64,000 nt of DNA from Marivivens sp. Its GTDB lineage: Bacteria; Pseudomonadota; Alphaproteobacteria; Rhodobacterales; Rhodobacteraceae. The position numbers and the translations under genes were made by a program. Below, one piece after another: positions 47,710-56,118 of this stretch; within the stretch, counting starts at the first letter, position 1; every line of letters begins with the position of its first letter. Below the pieces are notes generated by a model. It searched no databases, was not told the DNA's origin, and saw only the letters and a list, made by a program, of their open reading frames with translations. The stretch covers positions 9,891 to 73,890 of the forward strand of contig JALQXR010000001.1 in the NCBI GenBank assembly GCA_023263105.1. Reading direction: 5' to 3'.

Positions 47710-48449
47710 TGTCTGACTTCTGGACCGGCAAACGTTACTGGCTGATCGGCGCCAGCGAAGGCCTTGGCCGCGCGCTGGCGGTCGAAATGGCGCGCGCCGG
47801 TGCAGAGGTCGTTGTCTCGGCCCGCAACCGTGACAGGTTGAAAGATCTGGTGGCCGAGATCGGACCAAATGCCCGCTCGGTGCCGGTCGATGTGGCTGAC
47901 GCGGACTCTGTGACTGCGGCCGCCAAAGAGGTCGGAGAGATCGACGGAATGGTCTATCTGGCTGGCGTCTACTGGCCCATGTCCGCCCGAGACTGGAAAG
48001 CGGACGAAGCCGAGGCGATGGCCCAGATCAACTTTCTTGGCGGGCTTCGCGCCGCTGGCGCAGTGGTGCCCGACATGGTCGCGCGCGGGTCTGGGCATGT
48101 CGTCCTGACCGGTTCGCTGTCCGGCTTCCGTGGCCTACCCGGAGCGATAGGTTACGGCGCATCGAAAGCGGGCCTGATGTATCTGGGCGAATCCATGCAG
48201 GCCGACCTGCGCACGACCGGCATTCGGGTTCAGGTCGCAAACCCGGGCTTCATCCGCACCCGCCTGACCGACAAGAACGATTTTTCGATGCCCTTCATCA
48301 TGGAGCCCGACTCCGCCGCCCGTGTGATGTTGGATTTCATGGAAAAAGGCGGGTTCAAGAAAAGCTTTCCGACCTTGTTTTCATGGCTTTTCCGGTTGTC
48401 GCAGTTCATGCCCGACTGGCTCTACTATCGGGTCTTTGGCGCAAAATAG
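47706..48449 (+). CDS. short-chain dehydrogenase/reductase (SDR)
   Basis: LIGASEGLGRALA (TGxxxGxG-like), YGASKAG catalytic YxxxK. The start overlaps the upstream stop. Confidence 0.88.
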   Translation: MMSDFWTGKRYWLIGASEGLGRALAVEMARAGAEVVVSARNRDRLKDLVAEIGPNARSVPVDVADADSVTAAAKEVGEIDGMVYLAGVYWPMSARDWKADEAEAMAQINFLGGLRAAGAVVPDMVARGSGHVVLTGSLSGFRGLPGAIGYGASKAGLMYLGESMQADLRTTGIRVQVANPGFIRTRLTDKNDFSMPFIMEPDSAARVMLDFMEKGGFKKSFPTLFSWLFRLSQFMPDWLYYRVFGAK

Positions 48450-48530
48450 ACGACTTTGGACTTTGCGCTTGATCAAAGCGGGCGCATCATGATGGCACCA
48501 GAATGAAGCCGATTGGTCAGGAGCCTCGTC

Positions 48531-48857
48531 ATGATTCTGCATATTTCCACCGACAAAGTGGCCGAGGTCATCATCCTCGCCCGAGAGATGGATCGCGCCG
48601 AGCGAGAGTTCGACGGCTTTGTGGATCGGCTCAACGAAGAAGAGCAAGCCAGCCTTGTCGCGATATTCTGGGTGGGGCGGGGCAGCTATGAGCCCGACGA
48701 ATTGTCCGAGGCCTATGCCACCGCGCGGGCCGAGGCGACCACGCCGACCGCGGATTACCTGAAGGGCTCTCCGCATCTGGCGGACCATCTGGAAAACGGG
48801 CTGGACGCGCTTGGGGTGTCGGCCTCGGACGCAGAGGACGACCTTTATCGCGGCTAG
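48531..48857 (+). CDS. DUF3775 protein
   Basis: MILHISTDKVAEVIILAREMD...LVAIFWVGRG pattern. AGGAG RBS precedes ATG 48531. Confidence 0.75.
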   Translation: MILHISTDKVAEVIILAREMDRAEREFDGFVDRLNEEEQASLVAIFWVGRGSYEPDELSEAYATARAEATTPTADYLKGSPHLADHLENGLDALGVSASDAEDDLYRG

Positions 48858-48878
48858 GCTGTCGTCCGGTCGCGCGGC

Positions 48879-49928
48879 CTAGACCACGGCCAAATGAGTG
48901 TCGAATTCTGACTTTGCCCGCCCCCAGACGCCGCTGTCGATGGCACTGATCGCGATCAGGTGGGGCAAGAGTTGCGCCGCGAAATCCTCAGAGCTTTCGC
49001 GGGGCAGTAAAGACGGCAGATTGTCGATTGCCATCACATCCAGCACCGGATCGTCATGCACGCGCACCACGGGGTCGGCCCAGGTTGTGGCGCGGTCATA
49101 GACCTTGACCGGCGAAAACGCGCTATCGGGATCGCAGGCGATGTCACCGATGACTCGCAGGGTGCGCGACGCGGTCTTGGCTGTGGCGGGGACAAAGACA
49201 GGCGTTCCCGGACGGGCAAGGATACAGTTCAGAAAGATGCCGTGATCAAGGACCTGCGGAAACGGACCCCCGCTGGCAGTTTCGGCCATGTCCCAAAGCG
49301 TCGTGCGGACTCCGACCGCGCGGCACAGTTCCGCCGCTCCGGTTCCGACACGGCCAAGCGCGCCGATGATCAGGGCATCGGGCGGCGTCAGGCCCGACAG
49401 TGCCTGCTTGACGCGGTCGACCAGCGCCTCGGCGCTGCGCTCTGTGCTGACGGGGGCCGCTTGGCCGCCGCGCTCTGCCGCCGCCCAAGCCAGCACCGAA
49501 ACCGCGGCTCCGGCAAATCCTGCCCAATAGCCAAAGGCAGCGACGCGCCGTCCGGTGTCGTCGACCAGATATTCAAGGTCATAAAGCGTCCCGCCGCCCG
49601 CCTTGAACCGCTTCAGCAGCCTTTGGCCCGCTGGCTGCCCTTTGTAGGCGTGACCGAACATGATGTGGCGGTGGCGCAGCGGCGTGTCGGTTTCGGGCAG
49701 TTCCTTTAGGCCGAAAATAATCGCATCCGCCGGCGCGTCTGGCCAGCTTGCTTCCGGAGCAGAGACAGCGCCCATGGCGACGAAATCCCCCAAGGGGATC
49801 GACCGCTGACGGCTTTCCTCGATCGTGACCGAATGGCCCGCGTCGATCAGCCGAGCGACGCCAAGCGGCGTGACGCCGGTTCGTTCTTCGTTTTCGCGTT
49901 CTTCGGCGCGGATCCAGATATGTGCCAT
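48879..49928 (-). CDS. saccharopine dehydrogenase (NAD+, L-lysine-forming)-like, AlaDH/PNT family
   Basis: MAHIWIRAEERENEERTGVTPLGV...FGLKELPE...MFGHAYKGQ resembles the LYS1-type enzyme. Confidence 0.85.
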   Translation of the reverse strand: MAHIWIRAEERENEERTGVTPLGVARLIDAGHSVTIEESRQRSIPLGDFVAMGAVSAPEASWPDAPADAIIFGLKELPETDTPLRHRHIMFGHAYKGQPAGQRLLKRFKAGGGTLYDLEYLVDDTGRRVAAFGYWAGFAGAAVSVLAWAAAERGGQAAPVSTERSAEALVDRVKQALSGLTPPDALIIGALGRVGTGAAELCRAVGVRTTLWDMAETASGGPFPQVLDHGIFLNCILARPGTPVFVPATAKTASRTLRVIGDIACDPDSAFSPVKVYDRATTWADPVVRVHDDPVLDVMAIDNLPSLLPRESSEDFAAQLLPHLIAISAIDSGVWGRAKSEFDTHLAVV

Positions 49929-49960
49929 CTTCGATGTCCTAACGGGCTGGAGCTTTGGGC

Positions 49961-50605
49961 TTAGAAATGGGTTCGGGCGTGGCGTCGGTCGTCGGGGTCA
50001 AGGTGGGGCGTGGCGTTGAACCCTGCCAGAATCGGTCCGACCGACGTGACGTGGACCCTGTGAACCGAGGTGTTGTGAATCGGCAGCGTGATATGCGCCA
50101 TCCGTGTCGGATCAAGCTGCAACAGGTGACGGATCGCCATGCCGATCCACCCGCCCGAGGTCACACACAAAACATGCCTCCCGGGCGTAGCCGCCTCTTG
50201 GAGAACACTGGCGACGCGGGCTTCGAAGGCTTCGAAGGTCTCGACTCCGGATATCTCGGCCTTGTGCCACGCGTCGATCAGAACCGGAAAATATTCGGCA
50301 AAGCCTTCGCCTTCGGGGCGGGGAATGCCGTGGGATTTGTGCAGCGCGTCGGTCAGGTCGAAATACCGCATTTCGTTCAACCGCGCGTCGGCATCGGCCA
50401 GCCCGTAGCCCATCGCCTCGGCGGTCTGTCGATGGCGGGTCAGGGTGCCGCAAAGGACCTTGTCGAAGGATTCTCCTCGGTCCCTTAGCCAGCCGCCCAG
50501 CCACGCCGCCTGCTGGGTGCCCAGATCCGAAAGGCGGTCGTAGCCTTCTTCGTCGGTGGCTCCCGAGTTGGCCTGCCCGTGACGCACTAGCGTGACCGTG
50601 CCCAT
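49961..50605 (-). CDS. histidine phosphatase (phosphoglycerate mutase) family protein
   Basis: MGTVTLVRHGQAN carries the RHG catalytic motif. I trimmed the start from 50677. Confidence 0.85.
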   Translation of the reverse strand: MGTVTLVRHGQANSGATDEEGYDRLSDLGTQQAAWLGGWLRDRGESFDKVLCGTLTRHRQTAEAMGYGLADADARLNEMRYFDLTDALHKSHGIPRPEGEGFAEYFPVLIDAWHKAEISGVETFEAFEARVASVLQEAATPGRHVLCVTSGGWIGMAIRHLLQLDPTRMAHITLPIHNTSVHRVHVTSVGPILAGFNATPHLDPDDRRHARTHF

Positions 50606-50792
50606 GATCTTGCTCCCTTGCGGTCCTTTTGCGGTCCGGTTTGGCGGGACCTTGGCCCGATGGGCCCCCAGAGGCAACAGCCCAATCCGCGGAATGCTGC
50701 CGAAGAAAGCCTAAACTTACATGGTTATTGAATAACTCCGGCCCTAGGCGTCAGGCTGGGACGAACAATCCTGTGTCCAGAGGAGGTCGGTG

Positions 50793-52460
50793 ATGAAGGG
50801 GTTCCGTTTCTTGACTGTCGCGGCGGTCGTGTTTGGTCAGGCCGCCTTGGCCGACGATGCCGCGCTGATCCTTGCCAATGACCGCTACGAACGCCTTGGC
50901 CGTGTATCTTTGGCCGACGATGTTCTGGAGGCGCAGGACGGGTTGGCCGCGATGGGGTTTGACGTCGTTGCGCTTCGGAACGGGCGCGAAGATCAGGTGG
51001 AAGACGCGCTTGCCGATTTCCTTGATGCCTCGCAAGAGGCCGAACGGCAGGTCATTGTGCTGGCCGGTCAATTCGTCACCGATGGCGCGCGGACGTGGTT
51101 CCTGACGTCTGATGCGCGCCAACCGGCGCTGTTGTCGCTGGGATCGCGGGCGGTCAGCGTGGACAGCCTGCTGCAGATCGCCGCGCGCACGCAGGGCCAA
51201 GCGATCGTTCTGCTGGCTCCGGCGGGGCTGTCGGGACCTGCAGCGGATGAATGGCTGCGGTTCGGGTTGGGCGATCTGGACGCGCCTCAGGGCGTGACGA
51301 TCATACGGGGTCTGCCGCGCGATATCGCGGATTTTGCCAATGACGCGCTGATCGTTCCCGGAGCGGACCTTGCCTCGGTCATTGCGAATAATACCGGGCT
51401 TTTGGGGTCGGGATACCTGCCTCGGGTCTGGATGCCGATGCCCGACGATGACGCGGAAATCGATGAACCCGAGCCGCCGGTCGACGACAACTCGGCGGCC
51501 GATACGGCTGCGTGGGACGCGGCCAAAGCTCTGGACACGGTCGAGGCCCTGCGCGACTACATTCGCCGCTTTCCCGGCGGCGCACATACCGCCGAGGCGG
51601 AAACGCTGATCGCGGATATCCTTGCCGAACCCAACCGTGCTGCGCGCAAGCTCGAAGAGGCGCTGAACCTGACCCGCGACCAGCGGCGCGACATCCAAAG
51701 CGACCTGACCTTGCTGGATTACAGCACGCGCGGCGTCGACGGGATTTTTGGCCCGGGCACGCGGCGGGCGATCACCAATTGGCAGCAGGTCAACGGCTAT
51801 TCCCAGACCGGCTATATGACGCCCGAGCAGATCACCCGTCTGGACGCTCAGGCGGCCCGCCGTGCCGCCGAACTGGCCGCCGAGGCAGAGCGTCAGCGGG
51901 CCGAGCAGGCCCGTCTGGACCGCGCCTATTGGGAAGAGACAGGTGCGCGCGGCGACGAACCCGGCTATCGCGCCTATCTGAACCGCTACCCTGACGGCAT
52001 CTTTGCCGATGTCGCGACAGAGCAGCTTCGGCTGATCGAAGACCAGAACCGCTCTGCCGCCGCCGCGCAGGACCGGCAGGCGTGGGACCGTGCTGTCTCG
52101 GTCCATTCGGTGCCCGGCTATCGCGATTATCTGCGGGCCTTCCCGACCGGCGCCTTCGTCGCCGAGGCAGAGGACCGGATCGCCGCGCTAGAGGCCGAGG
52201 CCGACGGCGCAGGCGACCGCGAAGCCGCGATGGCCGCCGAGGCGTCGCTGAACCTCAATCCGCTGACGTCCCGCCTGATCGAAGGCAAGCTGCGGCAGCT
52301 TGGACTGGACCCCGGAGAGGTCGACGGCGTTTTCGACGAAACGACCCGCCGCGCGATTCGCCGGTATCAGCGGGCCCGCGACCTGCCGGTCACCGGTTAC
52401 ATCGACGATGCGACGCTGGTGCGGCTCTTGGCCGATTCTGTCAGCGTCATCGGTCGCTAG
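50793..52460 (+). CDS. secreted caspase-like (peptidase C14 fold, catalytic dyad apparently lost) protein with two peptidoglycan-binding domains
   Basis: Signal peptide MKGFRFLTVAAVVFGQAALA. Caspase-like block ALILANDRY...MGFDVV...VLAGQF...FLTSDA...IVLLAPAG. Two PG_binding_1-like modules (GVDGIFGPGTRRAITNWQ; VDGVFDETTRRAIRRYQ). AGGAGG RBS. Confidence 0.8.
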   Translation: MKGFRFLTVAAVVFGQAALADDAALILANDRYERLGRVSLADDVLEAQDGLAAMGFDVVALRNGREDQVEDALADFLDASQEAERQVIVLAGQFVTDGARTWFLTSDARQPALLSLGSRAVSVDSLLQIAARTQGQAIVLLAPAGLSGPAADEWLRFGLGDLDAPQGVTIIRGLPRDIADFANDALIVPGADLASVIANNTGLLGSGYLPRVWMPMPDDDAEIDEPEPPVDDNSAADTAAWDAAKALDTVEALRDYIRRFPGGAHTAEAETLIADILAEPNRAARKLEEALNLTRDQRRDIQSDLTLLDYSTRGVDGIFGPGTRRAITNWQQVNGYSQTGYMTPEQITRLDAQAARRAAELAAEAERQRAEQARLDRAYWEETGARGDEPGYRAYLNRYPDGIFADVATEQLRLIEDQNRSAAAAQDRQAWDRAVSVHSVPGYRDYLRAFPTGAFVAEAEDRIAALEAEADGAGDREAAMAAEASLNLNPLTSRLIEGKLRQLGLDPGEVDGVFDETTRRAIRRYQRARDLPVTGYIDDATLVRLLADSVSVIGR

Positions 52461-52544
52461 GCAAATGCCCGCAGGGCGGTTACGGATGCTGCCATGTCGT
52501 AATCGCCCTTGACGGGCAAAGCCCGCGCAGCGCAGAAAAGGAAC

Positions 52545-52745
52545 AGCATGGTTCCCCGACGTGGTGCAAAGCGCCTAGGGGATGAAATGGGAATGCGGTT
52601 CGGTCCGATCCAGTCAGGAGGACCAAGTCCGCAGCCGCCCCCGCGACTGTATGCGGAGAGTGCAGCCGAAAACGTCACTGAGGCTCTGCCTCGGGAAGAC
52701 CGGCCCAGCACGACGACCCGCAAGCCAGGAGACCGACCGTGCCAA
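52545..52745 (+). promoter_or_regulatory. cobalamin (B12) riboswitch
   Basis: Conserved core elements seen by eye: GGTTCC...GGTGC, AATGGGAATGCGGT, GCCGCCCCCGCGACTGTA, GTCACTG...GGGAAGACC, and the B12 box AAGCCAGGAGACCGACC at 52721-52737. A CCCGTC/GACGGG hairpin sits just before the cbtB RBS. The boundaries are approximate. Confidence 0.8.
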
Positions 52746-52787
52746 AGAAACCATCCCCCGTCGGGTGTGACGGGATAGGAGAACGAT

Positions 52788-52955
52788 ATGACTAAAGTAA
52801 TCGCTTCGGCTCGAGCCAACACAGACGTGTTGGGTATCGCTTTCGCAACTGTTCTGGGTCTGGGGCTGATCTTTGCCGCCGGTTTCAGCCATGCGTCCGG
52901 CATGCATGACATGGCGCACGATACGCGTCACGCCGTGTCCTTTCCCTGCCACTAA
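52788..52955 (+). CDS. cbtB: cobalt transporter subunit CbtB (55 aa, below the ORF-track size cutoff)
   Basis: My own translation: MTKVIASARANTDVLGIAFATVLGLGLIFAAGFSHASGMHDMAHDTRHAVSFPCH. It has one TM helix and the His-rich C-terminus ending FPCH that is characteristic of CbtB. AGGAGA RBS; a riboswitch upstream and cbtA downstream. Confidence 0.8.
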   Translation: MTKVIASARANTDVLGIAFATVLGLGLIFAAGFSHASGMHDMAHDTRHAVSFPCH

Positions 52956-52976
52956 GCGCAGCGACCATCTGATCCG

Positions 52977-53663
52977 ATGTCACGGAAACTGTTGACCAGC
53001 GGCTTGTTCGCTGGGCTTGCAGCGGGGTTGATCGCCGCCCTGCTGCAAGTGACATTCATAACGCCCCTCTTGCTGGCCGGCGAGGCCTTCGAGTCGGGCG
53101 CGCAGCTGCATTTCAGCACCACAGGGTCCCCCCAGTCCGAGGTCATCCACCCCGAGGCTTGGGCCGATGTGACCCGCAACCTGAACACCGTCGCAATGAC
53201 AATCGTGACCTATACGGGCTTTGCCCTGTTGATGGTCGCGGGCTTTGCCGTTGCCGAACGGTTCGGGCGCGGACCCGTCGACGCCCGTCGTGGCGCGATC
53301 TGGGGGCTTCTCGGGTTTGTCGCCGTGCAACTGGCGCCGTCCTTCGGGCTTCCGCCCGAGCTTCCTGGAACCATCGGCGCCGAACTTGCGGCGCGGCAGG
53401 TTTGGTGGCTGGGAACTGTCTCGGCCACGCTGGCGGGATTGGTCGCCATTGGCTTCGGGCGAACCGCGATGTCGGCGGCTGTCGGCGGTCTGCTGATTGC
53501 CGCCCCGCATCTGATCGGCGCACCGGCTATCGATACGTATTTCGGCGTTGCTCCGCCCGAATTGTCGGCCCATTTCGCCACCCGCTCGCTTGGCGTCGCG
53601 GCGCTGTCGTGGGTCGTGCTTGGGCTGATCGCCGGCCTGGTGTGGGACCGCAGCAGGGCCTGA
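52977..53663 (+). CDS. cbtA: cobalt transporter subunit CbtA
   Basis: MSRKLLTSGLFAGLAAGLIAALLQVTFITPLLLAGEAFE..., a multi-TM protein in the typical CbtA position after cbtB. Confidence 0.85.
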   Translation: MSRKLLTSGLFAGLAAGLIAALLQVTFITPLLLAGEAFESGAQLHFSTTGSPQSEVIHPEAWADVTRNLNTVAMTIVTYTGFALLMVAGFAVAERFGRGPVDARRGAIWGLLGFVAVQLAPSFGLPPELPGTIGAELAARQVWWLGTVSATLAGLVAIGFGRTAMSAAVGGLLIAAPHLIGAPAIDTYFGVAPPELSAHFATRSLGVAALSWVVLGLIAGLVWDRSRA

Positions 53664-53753
53664 TCCTGCGGCAACTTTGACTGAGTTCTCGACATTGGGG
53701 GGTCGTGGCGCATAATCGCCCCGACCCCCTTGCCGTTTGAAAGGTCGTGTTTC

Positions 53754-54812
53754 GTGTCCGCAAACCTCTCTGACAACGCCTGTTATGCCCCGCTCTTTGC
53801 CGATGCCGAGGTGGCGGCCCTGTTCGGCACCGAAGCGACCATCGCGGGCATTCTCAGATACGAAGCCGCGCTGGCGCGGGCGCTGGGCAACTGCGGCGTC
53901 GCGCCCAAGGCCGCAGTCGATGCCGCCATCAAAGCGATCGAAAAGTGGGAGCCCGATTTCACCGCGCTGACCGCCGACTTTCGCGCGGACGGGCTGCCGG
54001 TGCCTGCGGTGGTGCGGGCGCTGAAGGCGCAGGGCGGAGCAGAGGCGGCCCCCGCGCTCCATGTCGCGGCGACCAGTCAGGATGTGCTGGACACGGGACA
54101 GGCATTCGCGCTGCACGCGCTTTCGGATCTGGTCGCGGGCCGACTGGCCGAGGTGATCGACGCGCTCGACCGGCTGGATGCAACCTTTGGCCGCGAAAAG
54201 CTGATGGGGCGGACACGGATGCAAGCGGCCCTGCCGATTCCGGCAAGCCATCGGATCGCTGAGTGGAAGCTCTGCGTTGGCCGCGCCCTTGCACGGTTGC
54301 CCGAGGCGCGGCGCGGGGTCGAACAGGTGTCCTATTCCGGCCCTGTCGGGCTGCGGGACGGGCCAAAGGGCGACGCCGTCGCGGCCAACCTTGCCGACCT
54401 GTTGGGCCTGCCCTTGGCCGAGCGGGGAAGCCATGTCGCGCGGGACGGAGTGGTCGCTTACGGAGGCTTCCTGTCCATCGTCGCGGGTGCTGCCGGAAAA
54501 ATCGGAACGGACGTTTCGCTGATGGCGCAGCAAGGCGTGGGCGAGGCAGGCCTGTCGGGCGGCGGCTCTAGTTCGGCCATGCCGCACAAACAGAACCCCG
54601 TTCTGGCCGAAACCCTGATTTCGCAGGCGCGGTTCGTGGCGGCTCAGCAGGGCGGACTGACTGGCGCGCTGATCCACGAACAGGAACGGTCGGGCGCGGC
54701 TTGGGCCCTGGAATGGATGTTCCTCCCGCTGATGGCCGAAACGACCGGAGCCGCACTCAACAACCTTCGTCACCTGCTGGACCAGATCAATCGCATCGGC
54801 CCCGCCGACTGA
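53754..54812 (+). CDS. fumarate-lyase superfamily protein, 3-carboxy-cis,cis-muconate cycloisomerase-like
   Basis: GGGSSSAMPHKQNPV is the lyase-1 signature. About 350 aa. The start is uncertain: GTG 53754 or TTG 53730. Confidence 0.8.
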   Translation: MSANLSDNACYAPLFADAEVAALFGTEATIAGILRYEAALARALGNCGVAPKAAVDAAIKAIEKWEPDFTALTADFRADGLPVPAVVRALKAQGGAEAAPALHVAATSQDVLDTGQAFALHALSDLVAGRLAEVIDALDRLDATFGREKLMGRTRMQAALPIPASHRIAEWKLCVGRALARLPEARRGVEQVSYSGPVGLRDGPKGDAVAANLADLLGLPLAERGSHVARDGVVAYGGFLSIVAGAAGKIGTDVSLMAQQGVGEAGLSGGGSSSAMPHKQNPVLAETLISQARFVAAQQGGLTGALIHEQERSGAAWALEWMFLPLMAETTGAALNNLRHLLDQINRIGPAD

Positions 54813-54850
54813 TAACGGCCTGTAGAAATACGGGGTTACATTTATTGACT

Positions 54851-54862
54851 AACCGGTCGGTT
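54851..54862. promoter_or_regulatory. palindrome AACCGGTCGGTT upstream of paaG (candidate TetR/PaaR operator)
   Basis: Perfect 12-bp palindrome, 31 nt upstream of ATG 54893. Confidence 0.45.
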
Positions 54863-54892
54863 TATGTAGCCTGACCTCAGCAGGGAGGCCGC

Positions 54893-55690
54893 ATGACAGA
54901 CACTGATTCACCACTCTTGGTTCGTCTTGAGGACGGCGTTCTGACGCTGACGCTGAACCGTCCGGACAAGCTGAATTCCTTTAACGAGCCGATGCACCTT
55001 GCTCTGCGGGCCGCGATGGAGCGCGCCCACGCCGAAAAAGAAATCCGCGCCGTTCTGATCACCGGCTCCGGCCGCGCGTTTTGCGCAGGTCAGGATCTGG
55101 GCGACCGCGACCCGCGGAAGATGGACGGCCCGCCCGATCTGGGGCGAACGCTGGACACGTTCTATAACCCGACGCTGCGACTGATCCGCAGCCTTGAAAA
55201 GCCGGTGATCGCCGCTGTGAACGGCGTCGCCGCAGGCGCGGGCGCAAACGTGGCTTTGGCCTGCGACATTGTGCTGGCCGCCAGATCCGCAAAGTTCATT
55301 CAGGCCTTTTCCAAGATCGGGCTGACCCCCGACGCGGGCGGCAGCTGGAGCCTGACGCGGCTCTTGGGCGAGGCGCGGGCCAAGGGGCTGGCGCTGACTG
55401 CCGAGCCACTGACCGCCGAACGCGCCGAAAGCTGGGGGCTGATCTGGAAAGCAGTCGACGACGACGCGTTGATGACCGAAGCGGTGGCTCTGGCGCAAAA
55501 GTTCGCATCCGGCCCGACACGCGGTTTGGGCCTGACCAAGACATCGATTCAGGCGGCGTCGGAAAACGACTTTGACACCCAGATCGACTTTGAACGCGAC
55601 ACCCAGCGGACTGCGGGTCGGACCCGCGACTATGCCGAAGGCGTGGCGGCTTTCCTTGATAAACGCGCGCCGGAGTTCAAAGGCGAATGA
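54893..55690 (+). CDS. paaG: enoyl-CoA hydratase/isomerase, PaaG-like (1,2-epoxyphenylacetyl-CoA isomerase)
   Basis: LTLNRPDKLNSF...ITGSGRAFCAGQDL...AAVNGVAAGAGANVALACD is a crotonase fold. It lies in an operon with paaI and paaK. Confidence 0.85.
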   Translation: MTDTDSPLLVRLEDGVLTLTLNRPDKLNSFNEPMHLALRAAMERAHAEKEIRAVLITGSGRAFCAGQDLGDRDPRKMDGPPDLGRTLDTFYNPTLRLIRSLEKPVIAAVNGVAAGAGANVALACDIVLAARSAKFIQAFSKIGLTPDAGGSWSLTRLLGEARAKGLALTAEPLTAERAESWGLIWKAVDDDALMTEAVALAQKFASGPTRGLGLTKTSIQAASENDFDTQIDFERDTQRTAGRTRDYAEGVAAFLDKRAPEFKGE

Positions 55691-56115
55691 CCCCGACAGA
55701 ACTGGCCAAGGCCTGCGCCGACGCGATGTGGTCCGACGACAATGCCACCGCTCATTTGGGGATGGTGCTGTCAGACGTGGACGCAGGTGTGGCCGTGATG
55801 ACAATGGAGATCCGGTCGTCGATGGCGAACGGCCATGGCATGTGTCACGGCGGCTATATCTTTACGCTGGCCGACAGCGCCTTTGCCTTTGCCTGCAACA
55901 CCTACGGCGACCGCGTGGTTGCGGCGGGCGCGCAGATCAACTTTCTTGCCCCCGCCCTTGTGGGCGACGTGCTGACCGCCCGCGCGCAAGAGGTCTATAG
56001 GGCCGGTCGCTCGGGTCTTTATGACGTGCAAGTCACCCGAGCCGACGGCACCCGCATCGCCGAATTCCGAGGCAATTCCCGCACCATCCGCGGCCACCAC
56101 TTGAAGACGGAGTAA
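55687..56115 (+). CDS. paaI: hydroxyphenylacetyl-CoA thioesterase PaaI (hotdog fold)
   Basis: NGHGMCHGGYIFTLADSAFAFACN motif; 142 aa. Confidence 0.88.
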   Translation: MTPTELAKACADAMWSDDNATAHLGMVLSDVDAGVAVMTMEIRSSMANGHGMCHGGYIFTLADSAFAFACNTYGDRVVAAGAQINFLAPALVGDVLTARAQEVYRAGRSGLYDVQVTRADGTRIAEFRGNSRTIRGHHLKTE

Positions 56116-56118
56116 CCC

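Noticed and set aside
52457-52912. 151-aa minus-strand ORF in the gap before cbtA
   Set aside because: It overlaps the cobalamin riboswitch and the 55-aa cbtB gene on the plus strand, which explain the region better. It has no RBS or family resemblance.
52980-54773. 597-aa minus-strand ORF across cbtA and the lyase-family gene
   Set aside because: It is the antisense shadow of two well-supported plus-strand genes. The translation is Arg/Gly/Pro-rich and motif-free.
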